A DNA stretch of 64,000 nucleotides from Syntrophaceae bacterium (lineage in GTDB: Bacteria; Desulfobacterota; Syntrophia; Syntrophales; Smithellaceae). Positions 31,640 to 41,219 of the stretch are shown here, one piece after another (position 1 is the first letter of the stretch; each line of letters starts with the position of its first letter). The translations under genes and the position numbers were made by a program. Location: the NCBI GenBank assembly GCA_016927935.1, contig JAFGLS010000051.1:37992-101991 (forward strand), in the 5' to 3' direction. The notes below the pieces were generated by a model. It did not search any database. It saw nothing but the letters and a program-made list of their open reading frames with translations, and was not told where the DNA came from.

Positions 31640-33229
31640 ATGAATCAGGACAGCAGTCAATTGGAAAGCAAGGAATTAAAGACCTTTCTGGATAATACGT
31701 TTGATACCATGGGACAGGTTCTGAATGAACAGAATCCCGAGCTCAGGCAATATGAAATCGGCACTGTACGGTTTGTCGGACGGGATATCGCCAGGGTCAG
31801 TGGTTTGCCGCATATCCGTGCGGAAGAACTGGTACGTTTTGCGGGAAATTACATGGGGCTGGTTTTTAATATAGATATAGATGAAATAGGAGTCATTCTG
31901 CTTGATCCCAGCGAAAATCTACAGGTGGGATCGGAAGTGCACCGTACCAAGCGCGTACTGGATGTGCCGGTTGGAGAAGGTCTTTTAGGAAGGGTAGTTG
32001 ATCCATTGGGCAGGCCGCTTGACGGTTTTGGAGAAGTCAATACGGTTATGCGCCTTCCAGTGGAAAGACCGGCGCCGGCGGTTATGGATCGTTCGCCCGT
32101 GACCGTGCCTTTGCAGACCGGCTTAAAAGTGATTGATGCATTGATTCCTATAGGTCGCGGCCAGCGCGAATTGATTCTGGGAGACAGGCAGACCGGCAAA
32201 ACGGCCATAGCAGTGGATACGATGATCAATCAGAAGGATACGGGGATTATTTCTATTTATTGTGCTGTCGGTAAAAAAAGTGCCGATGTGGCCAAAGTAA
32301 TAGCCGAACTGCGCGAACAAGGTGTGATGAATTCCTGTATCGTGGTAGTGGCCACTGGCGAAGACACGCCGGGCCTGCAATTCATCGCTCCTTACGCGGC
32401 AACCAGCATGGGGGAATATTTTACGGAACAGGGCAAGGACGTGCTGATTATCTACGACGACCTGACCTCGCATGCCCGTGCATACAGGGAAGTGTCGCTG
32501 CTTTTGCGCAGGCCTCCGGGACGTGAAGCTTTTCCCGGCGATATTTTTTATATTCATTCGCGGTTATTGGAGCGTTCCACTCATCTTCGTCCCGATTTAG
32601 GAGGCGGCTCACTTACTTCACTGCCTATTGTGGAAACGGAAGCTCAGGATATGTCCTCATATATTCCCACAAATCTGATTTCTATTACGGACGGACAGAT
32701 TTATCTTTCCCCTGTTTTATTCAATAAAGGAATTCTCCCCGCGGTGGATGTAGGCAAATCCGTCTCGCGTGTGGGGGGAAAAACGCAATTGGCGGCTTAT
32801 CGCTCTGTAGCCGGTGATTTGCGCCTGTCCTATTCACAATTTGAAGAGCTGGAAACATTTTCCCGTTTCGGCACAAGGCTCGACGACAGTACGCGCAGGA
32901 CTTTGGAAAGAGGCTGGCGCGTGCGCGAAATTCTCAAGCAGGGGCAATGCATGCCACTGCGCGCCTCGGAGCAGATTGCCAGTCTGCTGTCGGTTACCGG
33001 TGGCACGTTGGATCATGTTCCGATTGAAAAGGTGCGTGAAGCAGAAACTTGCATGCTTACGGCTTTTAATGAGCAACTGCCGGAGTTGTGCGGACGGATT
33101 GATGGGGGAAAAAAACTGGACATGAATGACCGCGACAGCATCTTGAATAAGATAAAATCGGCTATTACGCCATTGGAAGAGTCGGAGGAGACAAGTGCAG
33201 ACGACGGAGTCACTGAAAAGAAGAATTAA
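31640..33229 (+). CDS. atpA: N-type ATPase alpha subunit
   Basis: ~529 aa from ATG 31640 (AGGAGG RBS) with Walker [12 protein letters not shown]. The ORF track's GTG start at 31610 lies inside the repeat. Confidence 0.93.
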   Translation: MNQDSSQLESKELKTFLDNTFDTMGQVLNEQNPELRQYEIGTVRFVGRDIARVSGLPHIRAEELVRFAGNYMGLVFNIDIDEIGVILLDPSENLQVGSEVHRTKRVLDVPVGEGLLGRVVDPLGRPLDGFGEVNTVMRLPVERPAPAVMDRSPVTVPLQTGLKVIDALIPIGRGQRELILGDRQTGKTAIAVDTMINQKDTGIISIYCAVGKKSADVAKVIAELREQGVMNSCIVVVATGEDTPGLQFIAPYAATSMGEYFTEQGKDVLIIYDDLTSHARAYREVSLLLRRPPGREAFPGDIFYIHSRLLERSTHLRPDLGGGSLTSLPIVETEAQDMSSYIPTNLISITDGQIYLSPVLFNKGILPAVDVGKSVSRVGGKTQLAAYRSVAGDLRLSYSQFEELETFSRFGTRLDDSTRRTLERGWRVREILKQGQCMPLRASEQIASLLSVTGGTLDHVPIEKVREAETCMLTAFNEQLPELCGRIDGGKKLDMNDRDSILNKIKSAITPLEESEETSADDGVTEKKN

Positions 33230-34073
33230 GAGTGCCGGTGATCTTTTATCGGTGGTAAAAACTATGAAGGCGCTTGCTGCTGTGAGCATACGGCAATATC
33301 AAAAAGCGGTAGAATCGCTCAGTGATTACAATCGGGCGGTGGAAATGGGTCTGCAGATAGTCCTCAAAGAGAGAATGGAAATGGAAAAACAGAATAAGAC
33401 TTTGCCCATGAAACGTCTTGGTGCCGTCATTTTCGGTTCTGATCAGGGGTTATGCGGACAACTCAACGAGCAGATTTCTGTTTTCGCACTCGACAATATG
33501 AAGGCTGCCGGCGTGAAAAAAGAAAACCGTAAAGTGCTGGCCGTGGGCACGCGTGTGGCTGATTATGTAGAAGATGCAGGACAATCCATAGATGAATTGC
33601 TTAATACACCAGGTTCTACGGTTGGCATCACGCCGCTGGTTCAGGAAATCATCATGATTATTGAAGAGTGGCATTTTCGTCATAACGTTGATCATTTTAT
33701 GCTTTTTTATAACAAATATGTAAGTGGGGCCACTTATCATCCTCATCAAATTAAACTGTTGCCGGTGGATCATCATTGGCTTGAGGAGATAGCCCGGAAA
33801 AAATGGGAATCGAAAACTCTGCCGATTTTCAGGATGGACGGAGACAAGATTTTTTCCTCACTAATCAGGGAATATCTTTTTGTGTCTCTTTACCGCGCGT
33901 TTGCCGAATCGCTGGCCAGTGAGAATGCCAGCCGTCTGGCCTCTATGCAGAACGCGGAAAAGAATATTGAAGAACAATTGCAGGATCTGTACGTGCAGTT
34001 TCACCGCACACGTCAGATGACCATTACAGAAGAACTGCTGGATATTGTAGCTGGTTTTGAGGCCATGAGTTAA
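33195..34073 (+). CDS. atpG: N-type ATPase gamma subunit
   Basis: 292 aa with N-terminal [23 protein letters not shown] and C-terminal [11 protein letters not shown], typical of gamma. GTG start overlapping atpA. Confidence 0.88.
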   Translation: MQTTESLKRRIKSAGDLLSVVKTMKALAAVSIRQYQKAVESLSDYNRAVEMGLQIVLKERMEMEKQNKTLPMKRLGAVIFGSDQGLCGQLNEQISVFALDNMKAAGVKKENRKVLAVGTRVADYVEDAGQSIDELLNTPGSTVGITPLVQEIIMIIEEWHFRHNVDHFMLFYNKYVSGATYHPHQIKLLPVDHHWLEEIARKKWESKTLPIFRMDGDKIFSSLIREYLFVSLYRAFAESLASENASRLASMQNAEKNIEEQLQDLYVQFHRTRQMTITEELLDIVAGFEAMS

Positions 34074-34115
34074 AAAAATGAGCATTAATTATTAACAAGA
34101 AAGAAGGTGATAATC

Positions 34116-34997
34116 ATGGCAAGAGAAATGCATATTTGTGGACTTTGTGCGTGGCGCAGGGATTGTCAGAAAAAGTTTAAATTAAGTAAGGATAAGGATT
34201 CCATTGTTGGAAGCCATTGTCCTGATTATACTAGAGACTTAACCATAAAAGCAACGGTTGACAGGGAAGATGAAGATGAAAAAGCAATCATAGACCGGAT
34301 GGTCCAGCAGCAAGTTGACAAGTGGCGTAAGCTGTTTGACCAAGTCATGAAGCAAGGTCTGAAAGTGGAAAACTTCGAAGGAGGTCCTATAATAACTGTT
34401 TCCAGAGAGGCGGGAGCAGGGGGGAGCGATATTGCAAGAAAGCTGGCTAAGGCTATGAATATGGATTTGATAGGCGGTCAAATTATTCAGCACGTTGCCG
34501 ACAGCGCCAAAATGAGCAGAAGAGTGATAGAATCGCTTGATGAACGGGAGGTCACATTTAGGGAAACATTGCTTTCGTCTTTATTCGGAGAAAATCGTCC
34601 GTGGCCGGGGGAATTCCTGCGTCATCTGACCAGAGTAATAGGCACTATTGGTATTTTTGGCAATGTTATTATTGTTGGCCGGGGAGCCAATTTTGTTTTG
34701 CCTAAAGAAAGAATATTCAGAGTCAGGATAATTGCTCCAATGGAACTTAGGATTAAATATTTTATGGAAGACAGAGGATACACAAAGGCTGAATCGGAAC
34801 AGTATATTATGAAAAGAGATAATAATCGCAAGGCATTTGCAAGAAAATATTTCAATGCCGATATTGCTGATCCGGCACATTACGATATAATTGTCAACAC
34901 GGAAAAAATATCAGTGACGGCGGCTACAGAGGCAATTATTGTTTCATTTAACCAAAGAAGGGATCGAAAGCTAAAAGAAGCACAAACACAAAAGTAA
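34116..34997 (+). CDS. Cytidylate-kinase-like family protein with an N-terminal Cys/His cluster
   Basis: Cytidylate_kin2-like core (ITVSREAGAGGSDIARKLAKAMNMDLIG..., VIIVGRGANFVL, RVRIIAP...R). It is preceded by CGLCAWRRDC..N18..HCPDY. Lies 42 nt downstream of atpG. Confidence 0.75.
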   Translation: MAREMHICGLCAWRRDCQKKFKLSKDKDSIVGSHCPDYTRDLTIKATVDREDEDEKAIIDRMVQQQVDKWRKLFDQVMKQGLKVENFEGGPIITVSREAGAGGSDIARKLAKAMNMDLIGGQIIQHVADSAKMSRRVIESLDEREVTFRETLLSSLFGENRPWPGEFLRHLTRVIGTIGIFGNVIIVGRGANFVLPKERIFRVRIIAPMELRIKYFMEDRGYTKAESEQYIMKRDNNRKAFARKYFNADIADPAHYDIIVNTEKISVTAATEAIIVSFNQRRDRKLKEAQTQK

Positions 34998-35112
34998 TAA
35001 ATGTTGGACTTCATAATCAAAAAGGAATCATACAAGCAGCACATGAAGTTCAAATCGTTCGCCAAATACTTTAAAGGTAAAGTCATAAAAGGGAAAAAGG
35101 AGGTTGTTAGTT

Positions 35113-35556
35113 ATGCAGACAGTAAGTGATATTTTAAAGAGAAAACCAAAACAAACGTGGACGATTCTTCCTGATGCTACGGTGTATGAAGCCCTTAATC
35201 TCATGGCGGAAAAGAAAGTAGGAGCAGTAATGGTCGTTGATAAAAAACGTAATATTGCCGGCATAATTACTGAACGCGATTACGCGAGAAAAATTGTTCT
35301 GAAAGGTAAAACTTCCCCCAAAACCCTCGTAAAAGACATTATGACGCCTTTCAGTAAAATGTTTACTGTTAAGTCCAATACTCCGGTGGAAGATTGCATG
35401 GTGCTGATGACGGGTAAACATATAAGACATGTGCCGGTTTTTGATGGAGCTAAATTCATAGGTCTTATTTCCATAGGTGATGCTGTAAAATCGGTAATTT
35501 CAGAAAAAGATATACTTATTGATCAATTAAGTGACTATATCGCTGGTAAATATTAA
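35113..35556 (+). CDS. CBS-pair domain protein
   Basis: ~147 aa with two CBS motifs (GAVMVVD...GIITERD; HVPV...GLISIGD). AAAGGAGG RBS. Confidence 0.85.
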   Translation: MQTVSDILKRKPKQTWTILPDATVYEALNLMAEKKVGAVMVVDKKRNIAGIITERDYARKIVLKGKTSPKTLVKDIMTPFSKMFTVKSNTPVEDCMVLMTGKHIRHVPVFDGAKFIGLISIGDAVKSVISEKDILIDQLSDYIAGKY

Positions 35557-35585
35557 TTGGGACACATTAACAATGAAGAACACGC

Positions 35586-36332
35586 TTATTCTTTTGTTGC
35601 TGTAAAAGTCCCGCTAATGCCGTTGGAGAAGCGAAAATTTCCGGATAATGTCAATTCATTTGCTGAGAATGTTCCGTCAATAACTATAGTAAGTCCATCT
35701 TTAGAACTTTCTCCATGAAAAGTGTCCCCTGAAACATAGCCGTAAGAGATAGACCATAATCCATATCCAAATCTTAGATCTTCAAAAGTTGCGTCAATCG
35801 AATTTTCACTATAGCCATTGACAATAATGCGGATGCCCCCCGAAAAAATTGAGACTCTCGAAGTGCCGTAATAAGAGCCGGTATAATCATTTGCCGGCGT
35901 GGAGTCCTGCTCTGTTGTTACTGTTACCATGTAATCCTGTGTCGTAGCATCAGCGGCTGTCACTGTGTAAGTCACCGGATTGGTAAAATCATTGACCGTT
36001 AAACCGCTTATTTGAACGGTAAAACCAACGTTGACGTTGACACCGGTTGTGGTAAATATCGCTATCAAAGCGTTAACATTTGTACCGTAAGGAACCGTGA
36101 TGTCTATCGTATGAGTTGCTTCCGTGATAACTCCTGTTGCGGCTGGTGTTTCAAAACCGAAAGCCGTAATGGCTTTTTCAGATGATAATGGCGCGGGCGT
36201 ATCTGTGTCTGTATTATCTGTGCTGTCGCTGTCACTGCCACCTCCGTCACTGCTGCAACCAAAAGAGAAAACAAAACCAAACAGCATAATAAAATACAGC
36301 AAAAAACAAATAACAACTTTCCTTTTCTTCAT
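35586..36332 (-). CDS. Lipoprotein, hypothetical
   Basis: 248 aa with a signal peptide and lipobox (FSFGC), an SDGGGSDSDS linker and a Thr-rich beta-sandwich-like domain. Confidence 0.7.
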   Translation of the reverse strand: MKKRKVVICFLLYFIMLFGFVFSFGCSSDGGGSDSDSTDNTDTDTPAPLSSEKAITAFGFETPAATGVITEATHTIDITVPYGTNVNALIAIFTTTGVNVNVGFTVQISGLTVNDFTNPVTYTVTAADATTQDYMVTVTTEQDSTPANDYTGSYYGTSRVSIFSGGIRIIVNGYSENSIDATFEDLRFGYGLWSISYGYVSGDTFHGESSKDGLTIVIDGTFSANELTLSGNFRFSNGISGTFTATKE

Positions 36333-36491
36333 AAAGTTTCCTTTTCTCTCTGATGACTACAATGGTAATCTAGCATAAATTTGTAAGTCTGAGAATTAGG
36401 ACTTTCAGAAAGAAATTGTATTGAAATACGCTGACAAGAAAATTTTTTCAGGGACAAAATTATTTGCCGCAGGATATTTAACTTGATAATT

Positions 36492-36520
36492 CCGCCCCAG
36501 CTTGCTGGGCGGAGGTTCAT
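36492..36520. repeat. Family-D palindromic repeat, copy D1
   Basis: CCGCCCCAGC-TT-GCTGGGCGG + AGGTTCAT. Overlaps the proB stop codon. Near-identical copies lie at 39841 and 39997, with a degenerate one at 43961. Confidence 0.75.
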
Positions 36521-37671
36521 TGATTTTTACTTTTGTAATTTTGTCTGGTGATTGCCAGATTATCACGGTGAATAACTTCATCATAATCCTTGTGTCCCAA
36601 AATCTGGCTTATCTGGTTTGTTTTTAAACCCTTGATTTTATCTATTTCTACCGAACTAAAATTAACCAGTCCTTTGGCAAGAATCGTTCCGTCACGGCTG
36701 ACGCAGTTCACCGCATCTCCCAGATTGAAATTTCCTTCTACGCCGATGATTCCCGAAGGAAGGAGGCTCTTGCCTTTTTCCGTTAAGGCTTTTCCGGCTC
36801 CATCATCAATCACGAGTTTACCCCGTGGGCGCAAAGTGAAGGCAATCCAGTATTTTTTGCTGTTCAGACGGTCAGCCATAGGTAAAAAGAGCGTTCCTAT
36901 CTCTTTTCCGGCCATTATATCGACAAGAACTTTTTCCCTTTTACCGGGAGCGATAATGCAGGGTATGCCGATGGCTGTTACTTTCTTTGCTGCCAGATAT
37001 TTACTTTTCATTCCTCCCGTTCCATTGGATGATGTTTCTTCCGTTGCGGCAGCCTCAATTTCCTCGGAAAATTCACTGACAACACGGATTAATTTTGCTT
37101 TTTTGGATACCAGCGGATTGGTATCATAAAGTCCGTCAATACTTGTTAAATTAATAAAGAGATCGGCTTCTATTACATTGGCGATCATCGCGGCAAGATT
37201 GTCGTTGTCCCCGAACTTGATTTCATCAACGGCGACGGTGTCATTTTCGTTGATGATGGGAATTATTCCCCATTCCATTAAAGTGGAAAGGGTATTGCGG
37301 ATGTTCAGATACCGCTGGCGGTCGGTAACATCGGAAAGAGTCAATAGAATCTGCGCGACATAGAGTCCGTTTTTTTCAAACGCTTTGGAATAAACACGCA
37401 TCAGTCTTCCCTGCCCGATGGCGGCTGCTGCCTGTTTTTCAGGGATGCTTTTAAGTCTTTCCGTTATCTTCATGCGGTGCTTTCCGGAGACAATCGCGCC
37501 GGAAGTCACCAGCACTACAGAATATCCTTTTCTTGCCAGGTTGGACATGTCCTGAACAAGGGAATCAATAATTTTGAGATCCAGTCCGTCACTGCCTGTA
37601 AGAACCGCTGAACCGACTTTAATCAAAATTCTTTTTGTGCGAGCAAGTATTTCCCGGCGAAAATTTTTCAT
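36517..37671 (-). CDS. proB: Glutamate 5-kinase
   Basis: 384 aa with an amino-acid kinase domain (RILIKVGSAVLT...) and a C-terminal PUA domain. Confidence 0.93.
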   Translation of the reverse strand: MKNFRREILARTKRILIKVGSAVLTGSDGLDLKIIDSLVQDMSNLARKGYSVVLVTSGAIVSGKHRMKITERLKSIPEKQAAAAIGQGRLMRVYSKAFEKNGLYVAQILLTLSDVTDRQRYLNIRNTLSTLMEWGIIPIINENDTVAVDEIKFGDNDNLAAMIANVIEADLFINLTSIDGLYDTNPLVSKKAKLIRVVSEFSEEIEAAATEETSSNGTGGMKSKYLAAKKVTAIGIPCIIAPGKREKVLVDIMAGKEIGTLFLPMADRLNSKKYWIAFTLRPRGKLVIDDGAGKALTEKGKSLLPSGIIGVEGNFNLGDAVNCVSRDGTILAKGLVNFSSVEIDKIKGLKTNQISQILGHKDYDEVIHRDNLAITRQNYKSKNQ

Positions 37672-37689
37672 AACTTAATTTTTATCCGT

Positions 37690-38685
37690 TTAATTCAATT
37701 GTTTGATTATTTCGTTTAGTATTTCCTTTACTCCTTCGCCTGTTACAGCAGAAAAAGGATGCAATATTATGCCCTTTTTTTTGAATAGCGCAACTTCTTT
37801 TTTGACGCTTTTCCTGACACAAGTAAGATCAATTTTATTGAGAGCAACTATTTGCGGCTTCTGGATTAATTCAGAATTGTAATGCTTCAGCTCCTTGTTG
37901 ATTGTGGTAAAATTTGTCCAGGCGTTTGTGTTTGGTTCAACGGAGATGTCAATAATGTGCAGCAACAGAGATGTTCTTTCCACATGTTTTAGAAATTTAT
38001 CGCCCATACCCGAACCTTCATGAGCGCCGGAGATAAGACCCGGTATGTCGGCGATGACAAAACTTTTACCGTCTGAATATTTTACAACTCCCAGATGCGG
38101 TGTAATTGTCGTAAAAGGATAATCGGCAATTTTGGGTTTGGCTGCGGATACACGGGAAATAAAAGTTGATTTTCCGGCGTTGGGAAAACCTATGATTCCC
38201 ACGTCCGCCAATAATTTGAGTTCGAGCTGGAGAGTAAATTCTTCACCCGCCATTCCTTCCTGCGCGAACCGTGGTGTTTGATGCGTTGAGGTGGTGAAAT
38301 GAGCATTACCCTTGCCTCCGATACCTCCACGCGCGGCGACAAAAGTTTGCCCTGTTTTTGATAGGTCCGCGAGTTTTTCTCCCGTTTTGAAATTCTTAAT
38401 AATTGTTCCCACCGGCACGGCAACTTCCAGATCATCAGCGCTCCTGCCGGTTCGGTGATTGCCCGAACCATGACCGCCGTTTTTGGCTGTTTGATGCTGT
38501 TTGTACTTCAAATCGAGAAGAGTATGATGGCTTTTCACCGCACGAAAAATTACGTCTCCGCCTTTACCGCCGTCTCCCCCGTCGGGACCGCCTTTCGGCA
38601 CGAACTTTTCCCGCCGGAAACTCACGCAGCCGCTTCCGCCATGGCCGGCTTTGACATAAATTTTAGCTTCGTCAACAAATTTCAT
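37690..38685 (-). CDS. obg: GTPase Obg/CgtA
   Basis: 331 aa with a Gly-rich Obg fold (GGPDGGDGGKGGDV), G1 GFPNAGKST, G3 DIPGL and G4 NKID. Confidence 0.95.
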   Translation of the reverse strand: MKFVDEAKIYVKAGHGGSGCVSFRREKFVPKGGPDGGDGGKGGDVIFRAVKSHHTLLDLKYKQHQTAKNGGHGSGNHRTGRSADDLEVAVPVGTIIKNFKTGEKLADLSKTGQTFVAARGGIGGKGNAHFTTSTHQTPRFAQEGMAGEEFTLQLELKLLADVGIIGFPNAGKSTFISRVSAAKPKIADYPFTTITPHLGVVKYSDGKSFVIADIPGLISGAHEGSGMGDKFLKHVERTSLLLHIIDISVEPNTNAWTNFTTINKELKHYNSELIQKPQIVALNKIDLTCVRKSVKKEVALFKKKGIILHPFSAVTGEGVKEILNEIIKQLN

Positions 38686-38758
38686 AATATTAATTGTCCA
38701 ACATTTAAATTTAAATTCGTCATGCCGGCGAAGGAGACTGTGTCACAATAGCAAAAAA

Positions 38759-38849
38759 TGTCATTCCGAATCCCGACGTGTCGGGATGAGGAATCTTAAA
38801 CCTCTGAATTTATTGAGATCAAGATTTCTCGCTTCGCTTCGAAATGACA
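38759..38849. repeat. Family-B MITE-like element, copy B1
   Basis: The terminal inverted repeats are TGTCATTCCGA ... TCGAAATGACA. The interior holds the hairpin TCCCGACgtgtGTCGGGA and GAGGAATCTTAA / GATTTCTCGCTTCGCTTCG. Confidence 0.7.
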
Positions 38850-38944
38850 CAAAAACGAATTACGAAAAAGTCTCGAAGGCCGGTATCCAGGATTATTTAT
38901 ACTGGTTCCCGGTCTTCGCCGGGAAGACATAGCGAGTGTAATTA

Positions 38945-39025
38945 ATCCCGTTCCGCTTCGCTTCAGGGATAGTTCGACTAACAAATTTCAATGCACTACG
39001 TTTTTGAAATTTGAGTCTCACTAAA
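38945..39025 (+). repeat. Family-A repeat, copy A3 (obg-rpmA spacer)
   Basis: ATCCCgttccgcttcgcttcaGGGAT-AGTTCGACTAACA-AATTTCAatgcactacgtttTTGAAATT-TGAGTCTCACTAAA. Confidence 0.75.
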
Positions 39026-39054
39026 AAGAAAGGCGCTTTTAGTAAGCGCCTTTC
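39022..39054 (-). terminator. Rho-independent terminator after rpmA
   Basis: The minus strand reads GAAAGGCGCTT-ACTAA-AAGCGCCTTTC followed by TTTTT. Confidence 0.75.
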
Positions 39055-39082
39055 AAAATTCAATATATCTGATTATAATTTT

Positions 39083-39337
39083 TTATGCTGCGTAAACGCT
39101 TACTTTTTTCCTCGTCCTATCAAGTCTTTCATATTTTACCACACCGTCAATCAGGGAAAAAATGGTGAAATCTTTGCCCAGTCCCACGTTATTGCCCGGG
39201 TGAATTTTTGTTCCTACCTGCCGCACAATTATGGAGCCGGCATTGATTCTTTCACCGCCGAATACCTTAACCCCCCGTCTTTGGGAATTGCTGTCTCTGC
39301 CGTTGCGGGAACTTCCCTGACCTTTTTTATGTGCCAT
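39083..39337 (-). CDS. rpmA: 50S ribosomal protein L27
   Basis: 84 aa, [24 protein letters not shown]... Confidence 0.97.
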   Translation of the reverse strand: MAHKKGQGSSRNGRDSNSQRRGVKVFGGERINAGSIIVRQVGTKIHPGNNVGLGKDFTIFSLIDGVVKYERLDRTRKKVSVYAA

Positions 39338-39349
39338 AACTTCCTCCGC

Positions 39350-39661
39350 TTACATCGTAATCTTGGTTATTTTCATGCTTGTTAAATTTTGACGATGACC
39401 GGTTTTCTTATGAAAACCCTTGCGTCTCTTCATGTGATAAACAAGCAGTTTGGGACCTTTTTTCTGAGCAACAATTTGACCGATGACCTTGGCTCCTTTC
39501 ACATAAGGCTTTCCCACTTTAATTTCTTTATCGTCAGAGACCATAAGAACTTCCTGGAAAATAACTTCGTCACCTTTGTTCCCGGTCAGTTTTTCCACAG
39601 ACAGAACATCACCTTCGGTTACTCTGTATTGTTTTGCTCCTGTTTTTATTACCGCGTACAT
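39350..39661 (-). CDS. rplU: 50S ribosomal protein L21
   Basis: 103 aa, [14 protein letters not shown]..., directly upstream of rpmA. Confidence 0.96.
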   Translation of the reverse strand: MYAVIKTGAKQYRVTEGDVLSVEKLTGNKGDEVIFQEVLMVSDDKEIKVGKPYVKGAKVIGQIVAQKKGPKLLVYHMKRRKGFHKKTGHRQNLTSMKITKITM

Positions 39662-39697
39662 GATACATTCCTTTTAAAACCAGAATCAAGAGAGGCA

Positions 39698-39726
39698 CAT
39701 ATAGACAAAATGTATCTTTTTGTCAA
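39698..39726 (-). promoter_or_regulatory. Sigma70-type promoter candidate for rplU-rpmA
   Basis: The minus strand reads TTGACA (39726-39721), 17-nt spacer, TATATG (39703-39698). Confidence 0.5.
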
Positions 39727-39840
39727 TAAAATTTAGATTCCAGTCGAAAATATTTTGCAGGGGTATTTTTTTAATCTAAGTTGTTGAATTGACAAAATGA
39801 AAATAATATTCGAAGAATTTTTGGCTTTAACTTGACAATT

Positions 39841-40024
39841 CCGCCCAGCTTGCTGGGCGGTTACCGAAAATTCCTTCTCCCCTCGGCGGGAGAAGGGCAG
39901 GATGAGGGGGATAAATAAAAGCTGTATTACAAGCTCACCCTCACCTCATTCCTCTCCCATCACAAGGGAGAGGAAGAAAAACAAATTCATCTGATACCGC
40001 CCAGCTTGCTGGGCGGAGGTTCAT
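39841..40024. repeat. Composite nested repeat block (D2 - E - E-inverted - D3)
   Basis: CCGCCCAGCTTGCTGGGCGG occurs at 39841 and 39997. Between them, CTTCTCCCctcggcGGGAGAAGGGCAGGATGAGGGGGA (39873-39911) is followed by its approximate reverse complement CTCACCCTCACCTCATTCCTCTCCCatcacaaGGGAGAGGAAG (39934-39976). Confidence 0.75.
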
Positions 40025-40148
40025 TTAAAAAAAATATTAATAATAAAAATAACATTTGTTTTCCGGTAATTTATGTAATAATTAAAAAAAATGATAATGT
40101 CTTAAAAAAACAGAAAAGTTTATGTAATGTTATAAAAAGGAGGATGCT

Positions 40149-41057
40149 ATGGTACAGGTAGATGTCGTTTGGGCGTATGCCTTTGGTGCAGGTTTTGCCG
40201 CTTGCTCGGCAAGACAATTGGAAAAGCAGGAAACGCCGTTTAATAATAAATGGTATACTTTTACATTGCTTTTCCTTTCCATTCTATTTGCTCCATCGGG
40301 TATTTATCTTCTCTGGCAGTTTGTGCAATGGGAGACTATGCAGGTGGCAAAAACATTTACTAGCCTACCTGCTTGGCTTGTTTGCGGTTTCGCTATAACC
40401 AATATCACGCAGGGAATACTTGGTTATTGGGTAAGTTATAAATTTATTAAGAAAAAGAATTACTATGCCGCCCACGCCAACTGGATGTGGGCGTGGATAT
40501 TATTCTGGTTTATTCTGGTCTGCGGCTGGGACTGCACAGGGTATCAGCGTTTTCTCTATGACGCTTCTGTCCACAACGGCGTACTTTGGACGCCTGGTAC
40601 ACACATGGGTATAACCTTTTTCTATAAAAGCAATGTTTGGTGGACATTGATTGCCATGGCTGTGTGTTTTGCGCCGATGCTTATTCATTCAGTTCAGAAT
40701 TTCATAATCAAGGGAGCCCAGGAGGATAAGACGCTATCGGCTGATCAGATTCCCAATCCTCTTCTTATATTGGGCTTTTCTTTTGGTGCGCAGTGGATTG
40801 TCTGCCTCGGGTTGGCAATCTTAGCAGCGCTCATGGTTATGGGTTTACGTGACTTCACCGGCAGCATACTGTTGGGATATCTGATTGGCGTGCCGCTTTT
40901 TATCGTGTTGGCACAGCTTCTGCTTTTCAGGCGTGGCATGCCCATGTATTTAATTGCCAAACAACTCTATATCAAGGAGCCGGGCGAATCCTTGTCCATG
41001 GCTACGATAAATCTTTTAAAGAATAGCAGTATTGGACGTTTGAAATTTTACCGCTAA
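40149..41057 (+). CDS. Polytopic membrane protein, hypothetical
   Basis: 302 aa, Trp-rich, ~8 predicted TM helices. No family recognised. Confidence 0.7.
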   Translation: MVQVDVVWAYAFGAGFAACSARQLEKQETPFNNKWYTFTLLFLSILFAPSGIYLLWQFVQWETMQVAKTFTSLPAWLVCGFAITNITQGILGYWVSYKFIKKKNYYAAHANWMWAWILFWFILVCGWDCTGYQRFLYDASVHNGVLWTPGTHMGITFFYKSNVWWTLIAMAVCFAPMLIHSVQNFIIKGAQEDKTLSADQIPNPLLILGFSFGAQWIVCLGLAILAALMVMGLRDFTGSILLGYLIGVPLFIVLAQLLLFRRGMPMYLIAKQLYIKEPGESLSMATINLLKNSSIGRLKFYR

Positions 41058-41071
41058 AGAAGCAAATACCA

Positions 41072-41120
41072 TTAACAGGACAGGTGTGGAACTCATACAA
41101 CCACACATCTGTCCTGTTAA
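41072..41120 (+). terminator. Strong hairpin (terminator-like, no T tract)
   Basis: TTAACAGGACAGGTGTGG-loop-CCACACATCTGTCCTGTTAA, an ~18-bp stem with a 2-nt bulge. Confidence 0.45.
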
Positions 41121-41219
41121 TTCCGCTACTTGGAATTCATTGGCGCCAGCCGATGTGATAAATACTTGTAATCATACGAAATCTCCGGATTATGCCGGAG
41201 ATTCCATTAAGAGGATGAT

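Noticed and set aside
36329-36520. 63-aa ORF starting MNLRPASWGG.
   Set aside because: Its start codon and first ten codons are simply the reverse complement of the family-D repeat (ATGAACCTCCGCCCAGCAAGCTGGGCGG). The same pseudo-start recurs at the other copies. There is no RBS and no conservation signal.
38759-40024. Whether the many short palindromic repeats constitute a CRISPR array.
   Set aside because: The repeats are not regularly spaced direct repeats with unique spacers. They are dispersed, of several families, in both orientations and individually palindromic. No cas genes are present in the window.
40909-40924. Sigma54-like motif TGGCACagcttCTGCT with correct spacing.
   Set aside because: It lies inside the 3-prime part of the membrane-protein ORF. 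A strong hairpin (41072-41120) separates it from the next gene ~300 nt downstream, and it has CTGC instead of TTGC. It is probably a chance match, worth revisiting only if transcript data show a start near 40936.
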